Origin: Pseudomonadota bacterium
GTDB lineage: Bacteria > Bdellovibrionota > Bdellovibrionia > Bdellovibrionales > SG-bin7
DNA length: 64,000 nt
Assembly (NCBI GenBank): GCA_034439715.1
Contig: JAWXAY010000094.1
Coordinates: 1-64,000 of the forward strand
Reading direction: 5' to 3'
The notes below the pieces were generated by a model, which did no database searches, was not told the DNA's origin, and saw nothing but the letters and a program-made list of their open reading frames with translations. Of this stretch, positions 19,097-29,036 are shown piece by piece. The position numbers and the translations under genes are program-made. Within the stretch, counting starts at the first letter, position 1. Each line of letters opens with the position of its first letter.

Positions 19097-19271
19097 GTTT
19101 AGTGTCTCAAATTGATACATATTTAAAATCGGAAGTAGCTAAAATTCAAGTAAGTTTCGCAGGCGTATCAGATTAATGCTATAATTTGAGGTGCACCATA
19201 GGCCTAAACGTGTTCTCCCGTTTTCAGTGGCCAGAACTTAAGAAATCTAAGCTATTACATGCAGTTTTGGC

Positions 19272-19298
19272 TCATGGCAGGCGTGCTTTCGCCGATAA
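19272..19298 (+). promoter_or_regulatory. Sigma28 (FliA)-type promoter of the flp/tad operon
   Basis: TCAT-N15-GCCGATAA, 43 nt upstream of the flp ATG. Confidence 0.6.
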
Positions 19299-19341
19299 GT
19301 AGGAAGCAATAGTGTTAGAAAATTAATATAGGGGGAAATGT

Positions 19342-19530
19342 ATGAAAAACATTAGGAAATTTATCAGCACACTTTGGAAAGACGAATCCGCTCAAGGTGC
19401 AACCGAGTATATACTTTTGTTGGTCGCAGTAGTGGCCGTAGTTTTGATGTTCAAAGGGAAAATCATGACCATGGTTGAAGGAATGATGAGCAACCTTCAA
19501 GGCAGTATTAGTGGCGCAACGGGAAATTGA
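19342..19530 (+). CDS. flp: Flp type IVb/IVc pilin
   Basis: KDESAQGATEYILLL Flp motif, 62 aa. Confidence 0.93.
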   Translation: MKNIRKFISTLWKDESAQGATEYILLLVAVVAVVLMFKGKIMTMVEGMMSNLQGSISGATGN

Positions 19531-19536
19531 TAATAA

Positions 19537-19761
19537 ATGTCGTTAGAATTAGTACTTTTATTATTTTTATACGTGATTTTGTTAGGCGGCGCTTTTATGG
19601 GCGACAACGGCCCGCGCGCCACTTTTAAGGAATCGGCACCCAGACTGGCCGCGCGTATTGAACAACAGTTAGCCACGGGTGCTGATTTTAATGATCCAAA
19701 AAATCTCGGCCAAAAACAAAGTTTTAAGAAACCGAGTTCGAAGCCGCCAGGAGGCTGGTAA
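19537..19761 (+). CDS. Small pilin-like membrane protein lacking a leader
   Basis: MSLELVLLLFL hydrophobic N-terminus; lies inside the tad operon. Confidence 0.65.
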   Translation: MSLELVLLLFLYVILLGGAFMGDNGPRATFKESAPRLAARIEQQLATGADFNDPKNLGQKQSFKKPSSKPPGGW

Positions 19762-20253
19762 ATGAGTAGCGCCATTGTTCCGTCATTAATCTTACTCGCG
19801 GGAGTGATCGATGATGTAATGACAAGAAAAGTACATAACACCCTTGTGATTATTGGTATTGCTGTGGGTGGAATATATGCTTACTTTTTCGGGGGCGTAG
19901 ACCAGTTAGTTTTGGGCCTGTTGGCTATGGTTTTGGTATTAGGGCTATATGTGCCGTTGTTTTTGTTTAAAATTTTGGGCGGTGGAGATTTAAAAATAAT
20001 GTTAGCCTTTGCTATTTCAACTAACTGGCAAACAGTATTAAGTGTCACCATTTCGGCCATGATCTGGGCTTTATTGCTAGGCCTCGTTCGAGCTGCCCTT
20101 GATAGAAAACTTTTTAGTATTTTCAAAAATGTGTGGCAGATGATCTCAACTAAGAATCCCATTTCACCAGAAAAGCTTAACCGCATTCCGATGACAGTGG
20201 CTTTGTTTTTTGGCTGGATGAGCCACTTGGCACTCAACAGAGGTCAGTTATGA
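19762..20253 (+). CDS. cpaA: Prepilin peptidase (A24; TadV/CpaA)
   Basis: IDDVMTRKVHN and LGGGDLK aspartate motifs, multiple TM helices. Confidence 0.92.
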   Translation: MSSAIVPSLILLAGVIDDVMTRKVHNTLVIIGIAVGGIYAYFFGGVDQLVLGLLAMVLVLGLYVPLFLFKILGGGDLKIMLAFAISTNWQTVLSVTISAMIWALLLGLVRAALDRKLFSIFKNVWQMISTKNPISPEKLNRIPMTVALFFGWMSHLALNRGQL

Positions 20254-20492
20254 AGGGGCAAATGTCAGTCGAACTTGTTTTAATTATGACAGTTATGCTT
20301 GCCGTATTTTTAGTGTTTACTCGCTGGGTAGAAAGCGAGGAATTTATTGAAAACCTCTCAATAAATCCATGGAACTCAAACATTGCGGGAATGATCGAAA
20401 ATGGAGTCTGGGGCACACCTGAACAGACTCGAATCAATCACCCCCATGCAGCTAAGCGGCATGTAAGTGTGCGGGGAGAGCCAGTCAGATGA
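20250..20492 (+). CDS. Minor pilin/pseudopilin
   Basis: KG|QMSVELVLIM class III signal. Confidence 0.8.
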   Translation: MKGQMSVELVLIMTVMLAVFLVFTRWVESEEFIENLSINPWNSNIAGMIENGVWGTPEQTRINHPHAAKRHVSVRGEPVR

Positions 20493-21097
20493 TGAAAGAC
20501 AAAAAGCACTCCGCTGGGTTTATTACAGTTGATTTCATCTTTGCACTAATCACAGTGTTTGGTCTGTCGACACTCCTTTTCGCATTAACTTTTACATTAT
20601 CAGTTGTTGAAGTAGTCCAATATATAACATTTTCTTCGGCTCGTTCATTTTATGCAGCCCATTTAGGTAAAGAAAAACAAAAGGAAATGGGAATAAAAAA
20701 GTATCAATCACTATTAGCAAATAAAGTGTTCGCACCACTTTTTAGAGCCGGTGGCTGGTTTGAACTTAAAGGCGGTCCAGGGTTTGACGAAAGTCTAAGT
20801 GGCGCCTGGAACGACGTATACCCAGGAAACTCTAATCCCACCGGCAAGGCTTATTTGGGTTCAAGGGTAAAATTAGTGGCCAATCTTATGAATATTCGCA
20901 TTCCTATTCTTGGCAACACAGGCGAAAAACCTTTTGCAGCAAATGTCTCCTCATTTTTATCGCGAGAGCCTAACGAAGATGAATGCATGGCTTTCATGGC
21001 GCAAAGACTTAATTTTTTATTGCAAAAGCCAGAGTTTGCTGGCGGCACTGGGATAGACAGAGAAAAATATTTTTTTACCCCGGATAATGGATGTTGA
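20489..21097 (+). CDS. TadE/F-like pseudopilin
   Basis: AG|FITVDFIFAL signal, C-terminal Cys pair. Confidence 0.75.
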   Translation: MMKDKKHSAGFITVDFIFALITVFGLSTLLFALTFTLSVVEVVQYITFSSARSFYAAHLGKEKQKEMGIKKYQSLLANKVFAPLFRAGGWFELKGGPGFDESLSGAWNDVYPGNSNPTGKAYLGSRVKLVANLMNIRIPILGNTGEKPFAANVSSFLSREPNEDECMAFMAQRLNFLLQKPEFAGGTGIDREKYFFTPDNGC

Positions 21098-21585
21098 TCA
21101 TGAGCAGTAAACGAATTTTAAAATCAGAAGAAGGCATGGCGACAATTGAAGCTATTCCGCTTCTCATTATATTTGTCATGTTTGTGGCTTATGGGGTTGG
21201 AGCTTTCGGTATTATCCATACCGGAATTTTGCATTCGATTGCAGCGCGAACATATGCGTTTGAAACTTTCAGACACCGCACCAACTTAGTGTATTTTCGC
21301 GATCAGAGCAGTGCGACCGGACCCAGAGGGGAATACTATTTGGGTGGTACCAGAATCCACGGAATTCAATCGGAAGTTGCTGATGATAGTGGTGAATATA
21401 TTTTGGCCTCTGAGAGAAGTATTTCGAAAGGCCCGATGGAGTTGAACGTTGAAAATAGAGAAGAGGGTTTTCATAGTTCAATGTCCTCAAGCACCGGCCC
21501 ACAGCGAATAGGTAGAGGCGTTCACCCGGCCTGGATCAGGGTGCAGTATGGCATTTGTTTAAATACTCAGTGTGGTGGAGATTGA
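21091..21585 (+). CDS. TadE-like pseudopilin
   Basis: EEG|MATIEAIPLL signal; AAR motif after the TM helix. Confidence 0.8.
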   Translation: MLIMSSKRILKSEEGMATIEAIPLLIIFVMFVAYGVGAFGIIHTGILHSIAARTYAFETFRHRTNLVYFRDQSSATGPRGEYYLGGTRIHGIQSEVADDSGEYILASERSISKGPMELNVENREEGFHSSMSSSTGPQRIGRGVHPAWIRVQYGICLNTQCGGD

Positions 21586-21586
21586 T

Positions 21587-22465
21587 ATGAATTCAAACGA
21601 GACGAGAACACTTTGGATTTCTGTGGGAGCTGCATTATTTTCGGTGTTTCTGTTATATAGCCACTCACAAGAACGTGAAAGCGAACTGCAAAAAAAGTAT
21701 GGTGTTGAAGAAAGCGTTGTGGTGGCCAAACAAACCATTAAACAGATGCAAACAATTGTCGATACCGATTTAGAAATTATTAAAAAACCTAAAGACTACG
21801 TAGAGCCAGGTGCCATTGCTAATCCCGAACTTGTGATTGGCCAAGTTGCCGCCTCACCGATTTCTAAAGGTGAGCAAGTATTAGAATCTAAACTTCTTAG
21901 TCCTGGTGCTGATACGGGCATAAGTTTACAAGTTTCGCCGGGTAAAAGAGCGCTGGCCATACCTATCGAAGACATCAGGGCAGCTGGAAAATTAATTCGC
22001 CCAGGTGATCGAGTCGATCTGATCGCGGCCTTAGATATCGGAAAGGGAACCAACCAACGTCGTGAAATTAAAACAATGATGCAAGATGTGGTTGTACTAG
22101 CTACGGGATCTACAATATTTAACAACATACCGCGAATGTTAGATGACGATAAGAAAAACATTATTAGCTATGTCGGAGACTTAAGGTATTCAACTATTAC
22201 AATTGAAGCGACACCTAAAGAGGCTCAGGACATTATTCTGCTATTGTCGACCTCACCCAGCAGCATATTTTTAACGGTTCGTAATCCCAATGATAGAGGT
22301 GTGGCGCAGATACCTTCAACTTCAATGGATAACATGCTCGGCGCTAGTGGTGGCGGGTTTGACGGGGGATATAGAGTTCCCGCTTCTGCAGTACCTGCTT
22401 ATGTACCACCGGTACAGACGATTTTACCAAAGAAAAAGAAACAAGGATCTTTCATAGATTTATAA
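21587..22465 (+). CDS. cpaB: Flp pilus assembly protein CpaB/RcpC
   Basis: SAF domain VVVAKQTI; PGKRALAI, IRPGDRVDLI, DVVVLATG, LTVRNPND. Confidence 0.93.
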   Translation: MNSNETRTLWISVGAALFSVFLLYSHSQERESELQKKYGVEESVVVAKQTIKQMQTIVDTDLEIIKKPKDYVEPGAIANPELVIGQVAASPISKGEQVLESKLLSPGADTGISLQVSPGKRALAIPIEDIRAAGKLIRPGDRVDLIAALDIGKGTNQRREIKTMMQDVVVLATGSTIFNNIPRMLDDDKKNIISYVGDLRYSTITIEATPKEAQDIILLLSTSPSSIFLTVRNPNDRGVAQIPSTSMDNMLGASGGGFDGGYRVPASAVPAYVPPVQTILPKKKKQGSFIDL

Positions 22466-22483
22466 CCTTTAGGGGCGGTTTTT

Positions 22484-23998
22484 ATGATGAGTAATAATAA
22501 AAAGATGTATGTAGGCTGGCTCTTAGCAGTGCTTCTGAGTTTTTCTTTTGCCCAAGTACAAGGGCAAGAAGCCGGAGATAGCTCAAAGGGAACGGGTAAA
22601 ATTATTTATCTAGACCTCCTAGTGGGCGTTTTGTTCACCAAAGAGCTAAAAGATTTGCCTTCGGGAATCGAATTTAAAGGAGACTTTAAATCAGTGACTA
22701 AGGCTAAATGGGACCCCAATAACGGTATTTTGATTTTAACACCAAACAAAACCGGTGTAGCGACTATGAATATCGTTGATTCCTCAAATAAGATCATTCA
22801 AGAGATTCGTCTAAAGGTTACAGAAAGTAAATTAAGTAGCGTCGCTAAAGAGGTGACATCGTTACTAGGTGGTATTGACGGCATAAGTGTGAAAATCGTA
22901 AATAATAAAGTTATCGTTGATGGTGAGGTTCTGCTGCCCGTTGATATGAACCGAATCAACGCCGTTCTTAAACAATTTCCGGGCCAGGCATCATCAATTG
23001 TTACGATGAGTCCCTTAGCTTTGAAAAAAATGGCAGAAATTATTGAGCGCGAAGTTAATAATCCTGAAATTCACTGTAAAGCGGCCAATGAAAGTTTTAT
23101 TCTTGAAGGCTGGGCGGCAGACAAAAATGAACAGCAACGAGCAGAAATTATCGCGAAAACCTTTGTGCAAGAACAGTTTGTAGGGCCTGATCCGGATGCG
23201 GGAGCGAGATTAAAACTAAATGTGGCCAAGGTTATCAATCTAATAAATATCAAAGAGTCTAAAGCCGCTGAGCCCAGTAAGACAGTGAAGCTTAACGTCC
23301 ACTACGTAGAGCTGCAAAAAGATTACGAGAAAAGTTTTAGATTTCAGTGGATGCCCGATCTTTCCGACGGTACTAAATTAGCATTTGAGTCTGGCGGAGA
23401 TCGCGGACCAGGCGGAATACTAAGTACCATTACGGGCACCATCACTAATTTACTTCCAAAACTGAATTGGGCAAAACAACATGGTTTTGCGCGAGTGCTT
23501 CAAAGCTCCAGCATCATGGTCATGGACGGGCAAAAAGGTGATATACGTTCAACGGTTCGAGTGCCTTACCTGGTGGCTGGGCCGCAGGGCACACAGTCGA
23601 CTAACTTTGAAGAGGCGGGACTGATTACTACAGTTACACCGAAAATTATGGGAGCTCGATCTGACAATGTCAGATTACAAATGGAGTTTGCCGTAAAGAG
23701 CCTACTTAGTTACACTCCCAAGGGCCCGATTGTCTCTAACAATTCGGTTAATACAGTGGTTGTGGTTCGCAGTTCTCAGAGTGCAGCTGTAGGTGGTTTG
23801 GTCACAGCAACGTCTGGTACGAACTTTAATAAATTGCCTCCGGATGTAAGTAAGAACCCTCTTATCTCTCTTTACGCGTCTAAGGACTTTCGTCGCAGTC
23901 AAACCCAATTTGTGGTGTTTGTAACTCCGGTGATTCAGGCCTCAGCCAGTGAAGGCGTAGAGCAAATAAAGGCCCGATTTAAAGTAAGAGATCGCTAG
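22484..23998 (+). CDS. cpaC: Tad secretin RcpA/CpaC with BON-like domains
   Basis: Signal peptide; C-terminal secretin motif QFVVFVTPVI; follows cpaB. Confidence 0.88.
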   Translation: MMSNNKKMYVGWLLAVLLSFSFAQVQGQEAGDSSKGTGKIIYLDLLVGVLFTKELKDLPSGIEFKGDFKSVTKAKWDPNNGILILTPNKTGVATMNIVDSSNKIIQEIRLKVTESKLSSVAKEVTSLLGGIDGISVKIVNNKVIVDGEVLLPVDMNRINAVLKQFPGQASSIVTMSPLALKKMAEIIEREVNNPEIHCKAANESFILEGWAADKNEQQRAEIIAKTFVQEQFVGPDPDAGARLKLNVAKVINLINIKESKAAEPSKTVKLNVHYVELQKDYEKSFRFQWMPDLSDGTKLAFESGGDRGPGGILSTITGTITNLLPKLNWAKQHGFARVLQSSSIMVMDGQKGDIRSTVRVPYLVAGPQGTQSTNFEEAGLITTVTPKIMGARSDNVRLQMEFAVKSLLSYTPKGPIVSNNSVNTVVVVRSSQSAAVGGLVTATSGTNFNKLPPDVSKNPLISLYASKDFRRSQTQFVVFVTPVIQASASEGVEQIKARFKVRDR

Positions 23999-24050
23999 AC
24001 CTTAGACCGATTGATTCATTGCTGATACCTTCCGATTAGAAATTGGGAGT

Positions 24051-26288
24051 GTGTCTCTAGTGCCAATTAATCCAAATTGTTATGTCATAGGCGTTTTAGG
24101 TGGTAAAGGTGGTGTCGGCAAAAGTGTTTTTGCTGCCAATTTTGCTTTAGCTTACATGATTGAGTTGAAGGCGCAGACGCTTTTGATTGATCTCGACGCA
24201 AATTCTGGTGCTGATCAAGATATTATTCTAGGCGTTCGTTCGATAAAAACTATTTCAGAACTTGCCGCATACTCAGGACAAATCAATGTGCAGACAATTC
24301 CTACCTTGGTGGCTCGTCATCCCAGCGGACTAATGTTTGTGGGTGCGGTGAAGAGTCCCTCCGAGAGGCTAAATTGTGAACCAGATCTAGTCATCAGACA
24401 AATTGAAAGCCTCAGTAGATCATTTAATTGTATAGTTGTAGATTTAGGTTCTGAACTTGGCGCTCTCCAGCGTGCAGTGGCAGAACTATGCACTGTGCTT
24501 TGTGTGGTTACCACCGCAGAGGTATTAGCGGTCAATCAGACTGTACGCTTAGTTAATGAATTAGCTACAGCTGCATTTCCGTCGGACATGGTTCAGATCG
24601 TCGTCAACAAGTCGGGCCAAATGGGACTATCTCCTCAGAAAATTGGTCAGTCACTACGTCGAAATGTCTTTAGTGTTATTCCACAGGATGATGTGACTGT
24701 TAATATGTCTATCCAAAACTATCAACCCTTTGTAATTTCATCACCCAAGTCACCAGTGTCGTCAGCCTACCATGAAACCGTCAGACGGCTTACTGGAGGA
24801 ATACTTCAGCGTCTCGTAAGCATACAAAAGCCAAAAGGTACATTTGCCTCGCAAGGTTCAGCAGTGGCAAGCACATCAAGTGTGACTTCGGCTGGCGGCA
24901 TAAAAAACTCCCTGGCGCCACCGGGAAGAAAACTCGACGAGAAAACATTACTTAAATTACAAATTCATGGTGAACTTTTTAATCAGATGGATTTAAAAAA
25001 GGGAATCACGGATACCAAAGGTGATGTTGAAAAAGAAAAATCTCTTCGCGCAAAAACTCAACAGAAAATTTCAGAAATATTGGATGTGCAAAAGCAAGGT
25101 CTTCCTCGCGAGGAGCGCGCCAAGATTATCAAAGAAGTGTTGGATGAAGCACTCGGTTTGGGACCATTAGAAGAACTTCTGGCAGATGACATGGTAACTG
25201 AGATTATGGTTAACGGCTGCGACAAAATATACATTGAAAAAAGCGGTAAAAAAAGCCTTTCACAAACTACCTTTACTTCTAACCAACAGCTGAGAAATGT
25301 TATTGATCGAATTGTTTCGCCACTGGGGCGCCAGATTAATGACTCAAGTCCTTATGTCGACGCTCGTTTAAAAGACGGCAGCCGTGTTCATGCGATTATT
25401 GAACCCCTTTCTATCGACGGACCGACAGTCACGATCAGAAAATTTGCTAAAGACCCCGTCACGATTGATCATTATATAAAATGGGGAACGGCCTCAAAAC
25501 AAATTTTGGACTTTTTAAGAATCTGTGTCGAAAATGGTATTAACGTTGTCATCTCAGGCGGTACGGGTTCAGGTAAAACTACGCTATTGAATGTGCTTTC
25601 GAGTTTTATTCCAAAGACAGAAAGAATTATTACCGTTGAAGATGCCGCCGAGCTCCAATTAAAACAAGAGCATGTTGTAAGACTTGAAACCAAGCCTCCC
25701 AACATGGAGGGCAAGGGTGCGGTTACAATCCGGGATCTCATACGCAATACCTTACGTATGGCACCTAACCGCATAATAGTAGGGGAGTGTCGCGACGGGG
25801 CTGCTTTTGATATGTTGACCGCTATGAACACTGGCCATGATGGATCAATGACGACAATTCATGCTAATAATCCTACCGAGGCATTATCAAGAATTGAAAC
25901 ACTTTGTATGATGGCGGGAATGGACCTTCCGGCAAAAGCTATCCGACAGCAAATCGCTGGGGCGGTGGGACTTATCGTACAAATTGGACGCCTGTCCGAC
26001 GGATCCAGAAAAATAAAATATTTAACGGAAATTGTGGGCATGCAAGGTGGAGATGACAAAATCACGGCCCAAGATATTTTCGTATTTAAAGAAACAGGAT
26101 ATGACAAAAATCGAAAGGTTAATGGGTATTTTATGGCGACTGGCGCCATTCCAAATTTTTTGCAAAAACTAAAAGCTAAAGGTGTCGATGTGGCCACCGA
26201 TCTTTTCTCGTCAAGTGCACCAACTGGGCAAGACCAAGGCGGAACGGTTACGTCACCCCCTCCACCATTAAAAAAAGTAGGCGGTTAG
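24051..26288 (+). CDS. tadA: Fused TadZ/CpaE (MinD-like) and TadA/CpaF pilus ATPase
   Basis: N-terminal GGKGGVGKS; C-terminal GGTGSGKTTLLN, VEDAAEL, IVGECRD, NTGHDGSMTTIHAN. Confidence 0.95.
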   Translation: MSLVPINPNCYVIGVLGGKGGVGKSVFAANFALAYMIELKAQTLLIDLDANSGADQDIILGVRSIKTISELAAYSGQINVQTIPTLVARHPSGLMFVGAVKSPSERLNCEPDLVIRQIESLSRSFNCIVVDLGSELGALQRAVAELCTVLCVVTTAEVLAVNQTVRLVNELATAAFPSDMVQIVVNKSGQMGLSPQKIGQSLRRNVFSVIPQDDVTVNMSIQNYQPFVISSPKSPVSSAYHETVRRLTGGILQRLVSIQKPKGTFASQGSAVASTSSVTSAGGIKNSLAPPGRKLDEKTLLKLQIHGELFNQMDLKKGITDTKGDVEKEKSLRAKTQQKISEILDVQKQGLPREERAKIIKEVLDEALGLGPLEELLADDMVTEIMVNGCDKIYIEKSGKKSLSQTTFTSNQQLRNVIDRIVSPLGRQINDSSPYVDARLKDGSRVHAIIEPLSIDGPTVTIRKFAKDPVTIDHYIKWGTASKQILDFLRICVENGINVVISGGTGSGKTTLLNVLSSFIPKTERIITVEDAAELQLKQEHVVRLETKPPNMEGKGAVTIRDLIRNTLRMAPNRIIVGECRDGAAFDMLTAMNTGHDGSMTTIHANNPTEALSRIETLCMMAGMDLPAKAIRQQIAGAVGLIVQIGRLSDGSRKIKYLTEIVGMQGGDDKITAQDIFVFKETGYDKNRKVNGYFMATGAIPNFLQKLKAKGVDVATDLFSSSAPTGQDQGGTVTSPPPPLKKVGG

Positions 26289-26291
26289 ACT

Positions 26292-27170
26292 ATGGCAAGC
26301 ATTCTCTCTAGTAATTGGATTGTTATTCCAGCGGTAAGCGCACTCATTTTTTTGATTACCTTTTTATGGGCCGACCGAGTGATTGCTTGGTTTCATTTTC
26401 GCAGTCTTGGACAAAGAGCTGAAGTCATTAGATTGCTCGAGCTGATGTTCATTGAAGTTAATGAGAGTCGAGTTACTGCGATTATGCTACTCACCAGCTT
26501 TGGTTTGGGATTTGTGGTGTTTTTGCTCTGTTGGCCCAATATTATATTGGGTTTTTTTGTGGGCCTAGTTTTTTCTTTACTGGGTGCCACCGTGCCAAAA
26601 CTCACGGTGACTGTTTTATATGAAAGAAGATGCAAAAGATTTGTCGATCAAATGATTGATGGAATGACAATTATGGCAAATGGTATCAAGGCGGGACTGA
26701 CCGTACAGGTCGCCATGGAAAGAGTTGCGCAAAATCTAAGAAATCCAATTAGACAAGAATTCAATTATGTTCTCAGTAAAATTCGCATAGGTCGAACTAT
26801 TGAAGAAGCTCTCATTGAGCTAGGCGAGAGAATTCCTAAACCCGATGTCCAAATGTTTGTGACCTCAGTAAACATTTTGCGCGAACAGGGAGGCAATCTG
26901 GCTGAGACTTTTGAAACAATTGCCTATACGGTTCGTGAGCGCCAAAAGATCGAAAAAAAAATAGATGCTCTAACCGCCCAAGGTGTTACTCAAGGGGTTA
27001 TTATTACTTTAGTCCCGTTTGTATTAATGATTGTTATGTTTTTTATCCAACCAGACTTCATTAAACCTCTTTTTACGACCTTTTTAGGCATTATTTTCCT
27101 GTCCGTAATGCTAATTCTTCAGATTATAGGTGGCATTATGATCAGAAGAATTGTTAAAATAAATGTATAG
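26292..27170 (+). CDS. tadB: Tad platform protein TadB
   Basis: T2SSF-type motif GGNLAETFETIAYTVRER; follows tadA. Confidence 0.92.
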   Translation: MASILSSNWIVIPAVSALIFLITFLWADRVIAWFHFRSLGQRAEVIRLLELMFIEVNESRVTAIMLLTSFGLGFVVFLLCWPNIILGFFVGLVFSLLGATVPKLTVTVLYERRCKRFVDQMIDGMTIMANGIKAGLTVQVAMERVAQNLRNPIRQEFNYVLSKIRIGRTIEEALIELGERIPKPDVQMFVTSVNILREQGGNLAETFETIAYTVRERQKIEKKIDALTAQGVTQGVIITLVPFVLMIVMFFIQPDFIKPLFTTFLGIIFLSVMLILQIIGGIMIRRIVKINV

Positions 27171-27197
27171 TCAGTCCATAGATTGTGGGGTTTTAGG

Positions 27198-28709
27198 ATG
27201 AGGCCTTTGCTGTTGATTTTTACACTACTTTACAGTGTGTTTACTTATGCTGTCGTCGACATGAAGAACGCCAATTTTGCCGATACCTGGGAGGACCTAA
27301 TCGTTCCTGGCACCGGGTTTGATTTGAAGGTGAGACGCACCTATAATAGCCGCTCCCTCTTTAATGGCATGTTTGGTTTCGGTTGGTGCTCTGATTTTGA
27401 AACCAGTCTGAGTTTCTCTGACAAGGGATTCATAAAGCTGACAGAGTGTGGGGGAGGACTCGAAGTTATGTTCACTCCAAAGTTGGGCCAACAGCCAGAG
27501 TCTCGCAACCTTGCACTTATGAAGCCCGGCACAACTTTTTTTGCCTTTGGATCTGGTTTGGAAAACATTGAGTATAAAGGTGAGTTTTATCAACGAAACC
27601 TCGTAGACGGCTCCACGCAAAGATACGATAAAGAAGGCCGTCTAATCCAAATGGCTGACAAAAATGGAAACTTTCTAAAACTTATCCAAAGTGCTCGTGG
27701 TGTGACAGAAATCGTCGACAACAATGGCCGCAAACTTTCTTTTGCTTACAACGAGAATAAAAAGATTAAAAAAATATCTGGTCCAAATGGTCTTGAGGCA
27801 GAATACAAATTTGCTGGTGAAGATCTTATTGAAATCAAAAATGCCTGGACTAACACTTACTCCTACAAGTATGACGATTTGCACAATTTAACGCAGATTG
27901 GTTTTCCGGATAAGACTTCAAAAAAGATTAGCTACAATACGGACAAGGACTGGGTGACCAGCTTTACTAATCGTAAAGGCTGTCTTGAAAAGTACGACTA
28001 TAAATTGTTTGGCGAAAAAAAGGATCACTATAAATCTGACGTAGTTAAAACATGCGAAAAAGAGGTCACAAACAAAAGCTCCTACGAGTTTTGGTATAAA
28101 ACTCGCGGTGATGGTAGTAAGTTTCTTTCTCGGGTAGCGACCAATAACAATGGCGATTTGACCGATATGGAGTACCACGAAGTGTTTGGTCGCCCAACAT
28201 CAGTCACTAAAAATGGCCAGAAGGTATTATACGAGTACTTTCCTAACGGTCAGGTGCAGCAACAAGTGACGACTGACAAGGTTGTTAAGTTTGTATACGA
28301 CAAAGATAAAAATCATCTTAATGAAGTTACAACGTCCATGTTCAGTGCTGACAAAAAGAAGAAGCGGATATTTAAAACGAATTTTAAATATGATCCTAAG
28401 GGTAATTTGGCAGAAGCCAATGATACCCTCGGACGTTCGGTTAAATTAACCTATGATGGCAAAGGACGCATCTCTAAGATAGAGGATCAGGCCAAGAAGG
28501 TCATTAAGATAGGTTATGAGGAACGATTCGGTAAACCTTCGACAGTTGAAAGCCATGGCGTGGGTTCGATTAATGTGAGTTATAAATCAAATGGTGAGAT
28601 TGAAAAGGTTAATAGTAAAGAGGGACCAGTTGTGGCGGTTCAGGTGGCAGCGACGTTTAATAACTTGTTAGAAATAATTGCGCCGGCCAACACACAGTTA
28701 AAGTTATAG
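27198..28709 (+). CDS. Secreted RHS/YD-repeat protein with DUF6531-like N-terminus (Bd0109-like)
   Basis: RRTYNSRSLFNGMFGFGWCSDFE, repeated YD..G.L motifs; no C-terminal toxin extension. Confidence 0.88.
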   Translation: MRPLLLIFTLLYSVFTYAVVDMKNANFADTWEDLIVPGTGFDLKVRRTYNSRSLFNGMFGFGWCSDFETSLSFSDKGFIKLTECGGGLEVMFTPKLGQQPESRNLALMKPGTTFFAFGSGLENIEYKGEFYQRNLVDGSTQRYDKEGRLIQMADKNGNFLKLIQSARGVTEIVDNNGRKLSFAYNENKKIKKISGPNGLEAEYKFAGEDLIEIKNAWTNTYSYKYDDLHNLTQIGFPDKTSKKISYNTDKDWVTSFTNRKGCLEKYDYKLFGEKKDHYKSDVVKTCEKEVTNKSSYEFWYKTRGDGSKFLSRVATNNNGDLTDMEYHEVFGRPTSVTKNGQKVLYEYFPNGQVQQQVTTDKVVKFVYDKDKNHLNEVTTSMFSADKKKKRIFKTNFKYDPKGNLAEANDTLGRSVKLTYDGKGRISKIEDQAKKVIKIGYEERFGKPSTVESHGVGSINVSYKSNGEIEKVNSKEGPVVAVQVAATFNNLLEIIAPANTQLKL

Positions 28710-28727
28710 AAATTACGGAGGACGAGG

Positions 28728-29036
28728 ATGTTTAGAACTTTTCTTATATTAGGAATGCTTTTAGTGTCGCAGGTGGGATTAGCGGACGATAAAAACTTTA
28801 TAGATGTTGAGCCAGCGAATCAAACTGTGGCGGCAAATGCCGATGGCTGTCCTCCGCATAATATAACAGTGGGGTTAGAGAAAAATACCAACACGGGCAA
28901 TACCCCGGCCCCTGGAAAAACTACTCCGGGTACGGGCAAAAATGATCTTGAAATCAAGAGAATGCCCATTCAGTTTGACGAGGCACAGGTGATGGTCGCT
29001 GTTCACAACGATCCTTTTTCCCGGCCCTGCCAATAA
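28728..29036 (+). CDS. Small secreted, probably disordered protein; positional hit (Bd0108)-like gene
   Basis: GGAGG RBS, signal peptide ending GLA, Thr/Gly/Pro-rich, directly after the RHS gene. Confidence 0.6.
   Translation: MFRTFLILGMLLVSQVGLADDKNFIDVEPANQTVAANADGCPPHNITVGLEKNTNTGNTPAPGKTTPGTGKNDLEIKRMPIQFDEAQVMVAVHNDPFSRPCQ

Noticed and set aside
27198..28709. RHS protein plus small gene as a toxin-immunity pair
   Set aside because: No DPxG core end or variable toxin tip; both have signal peptides; context matches the Bd0109/Bd0108 pilus-regulating pair.
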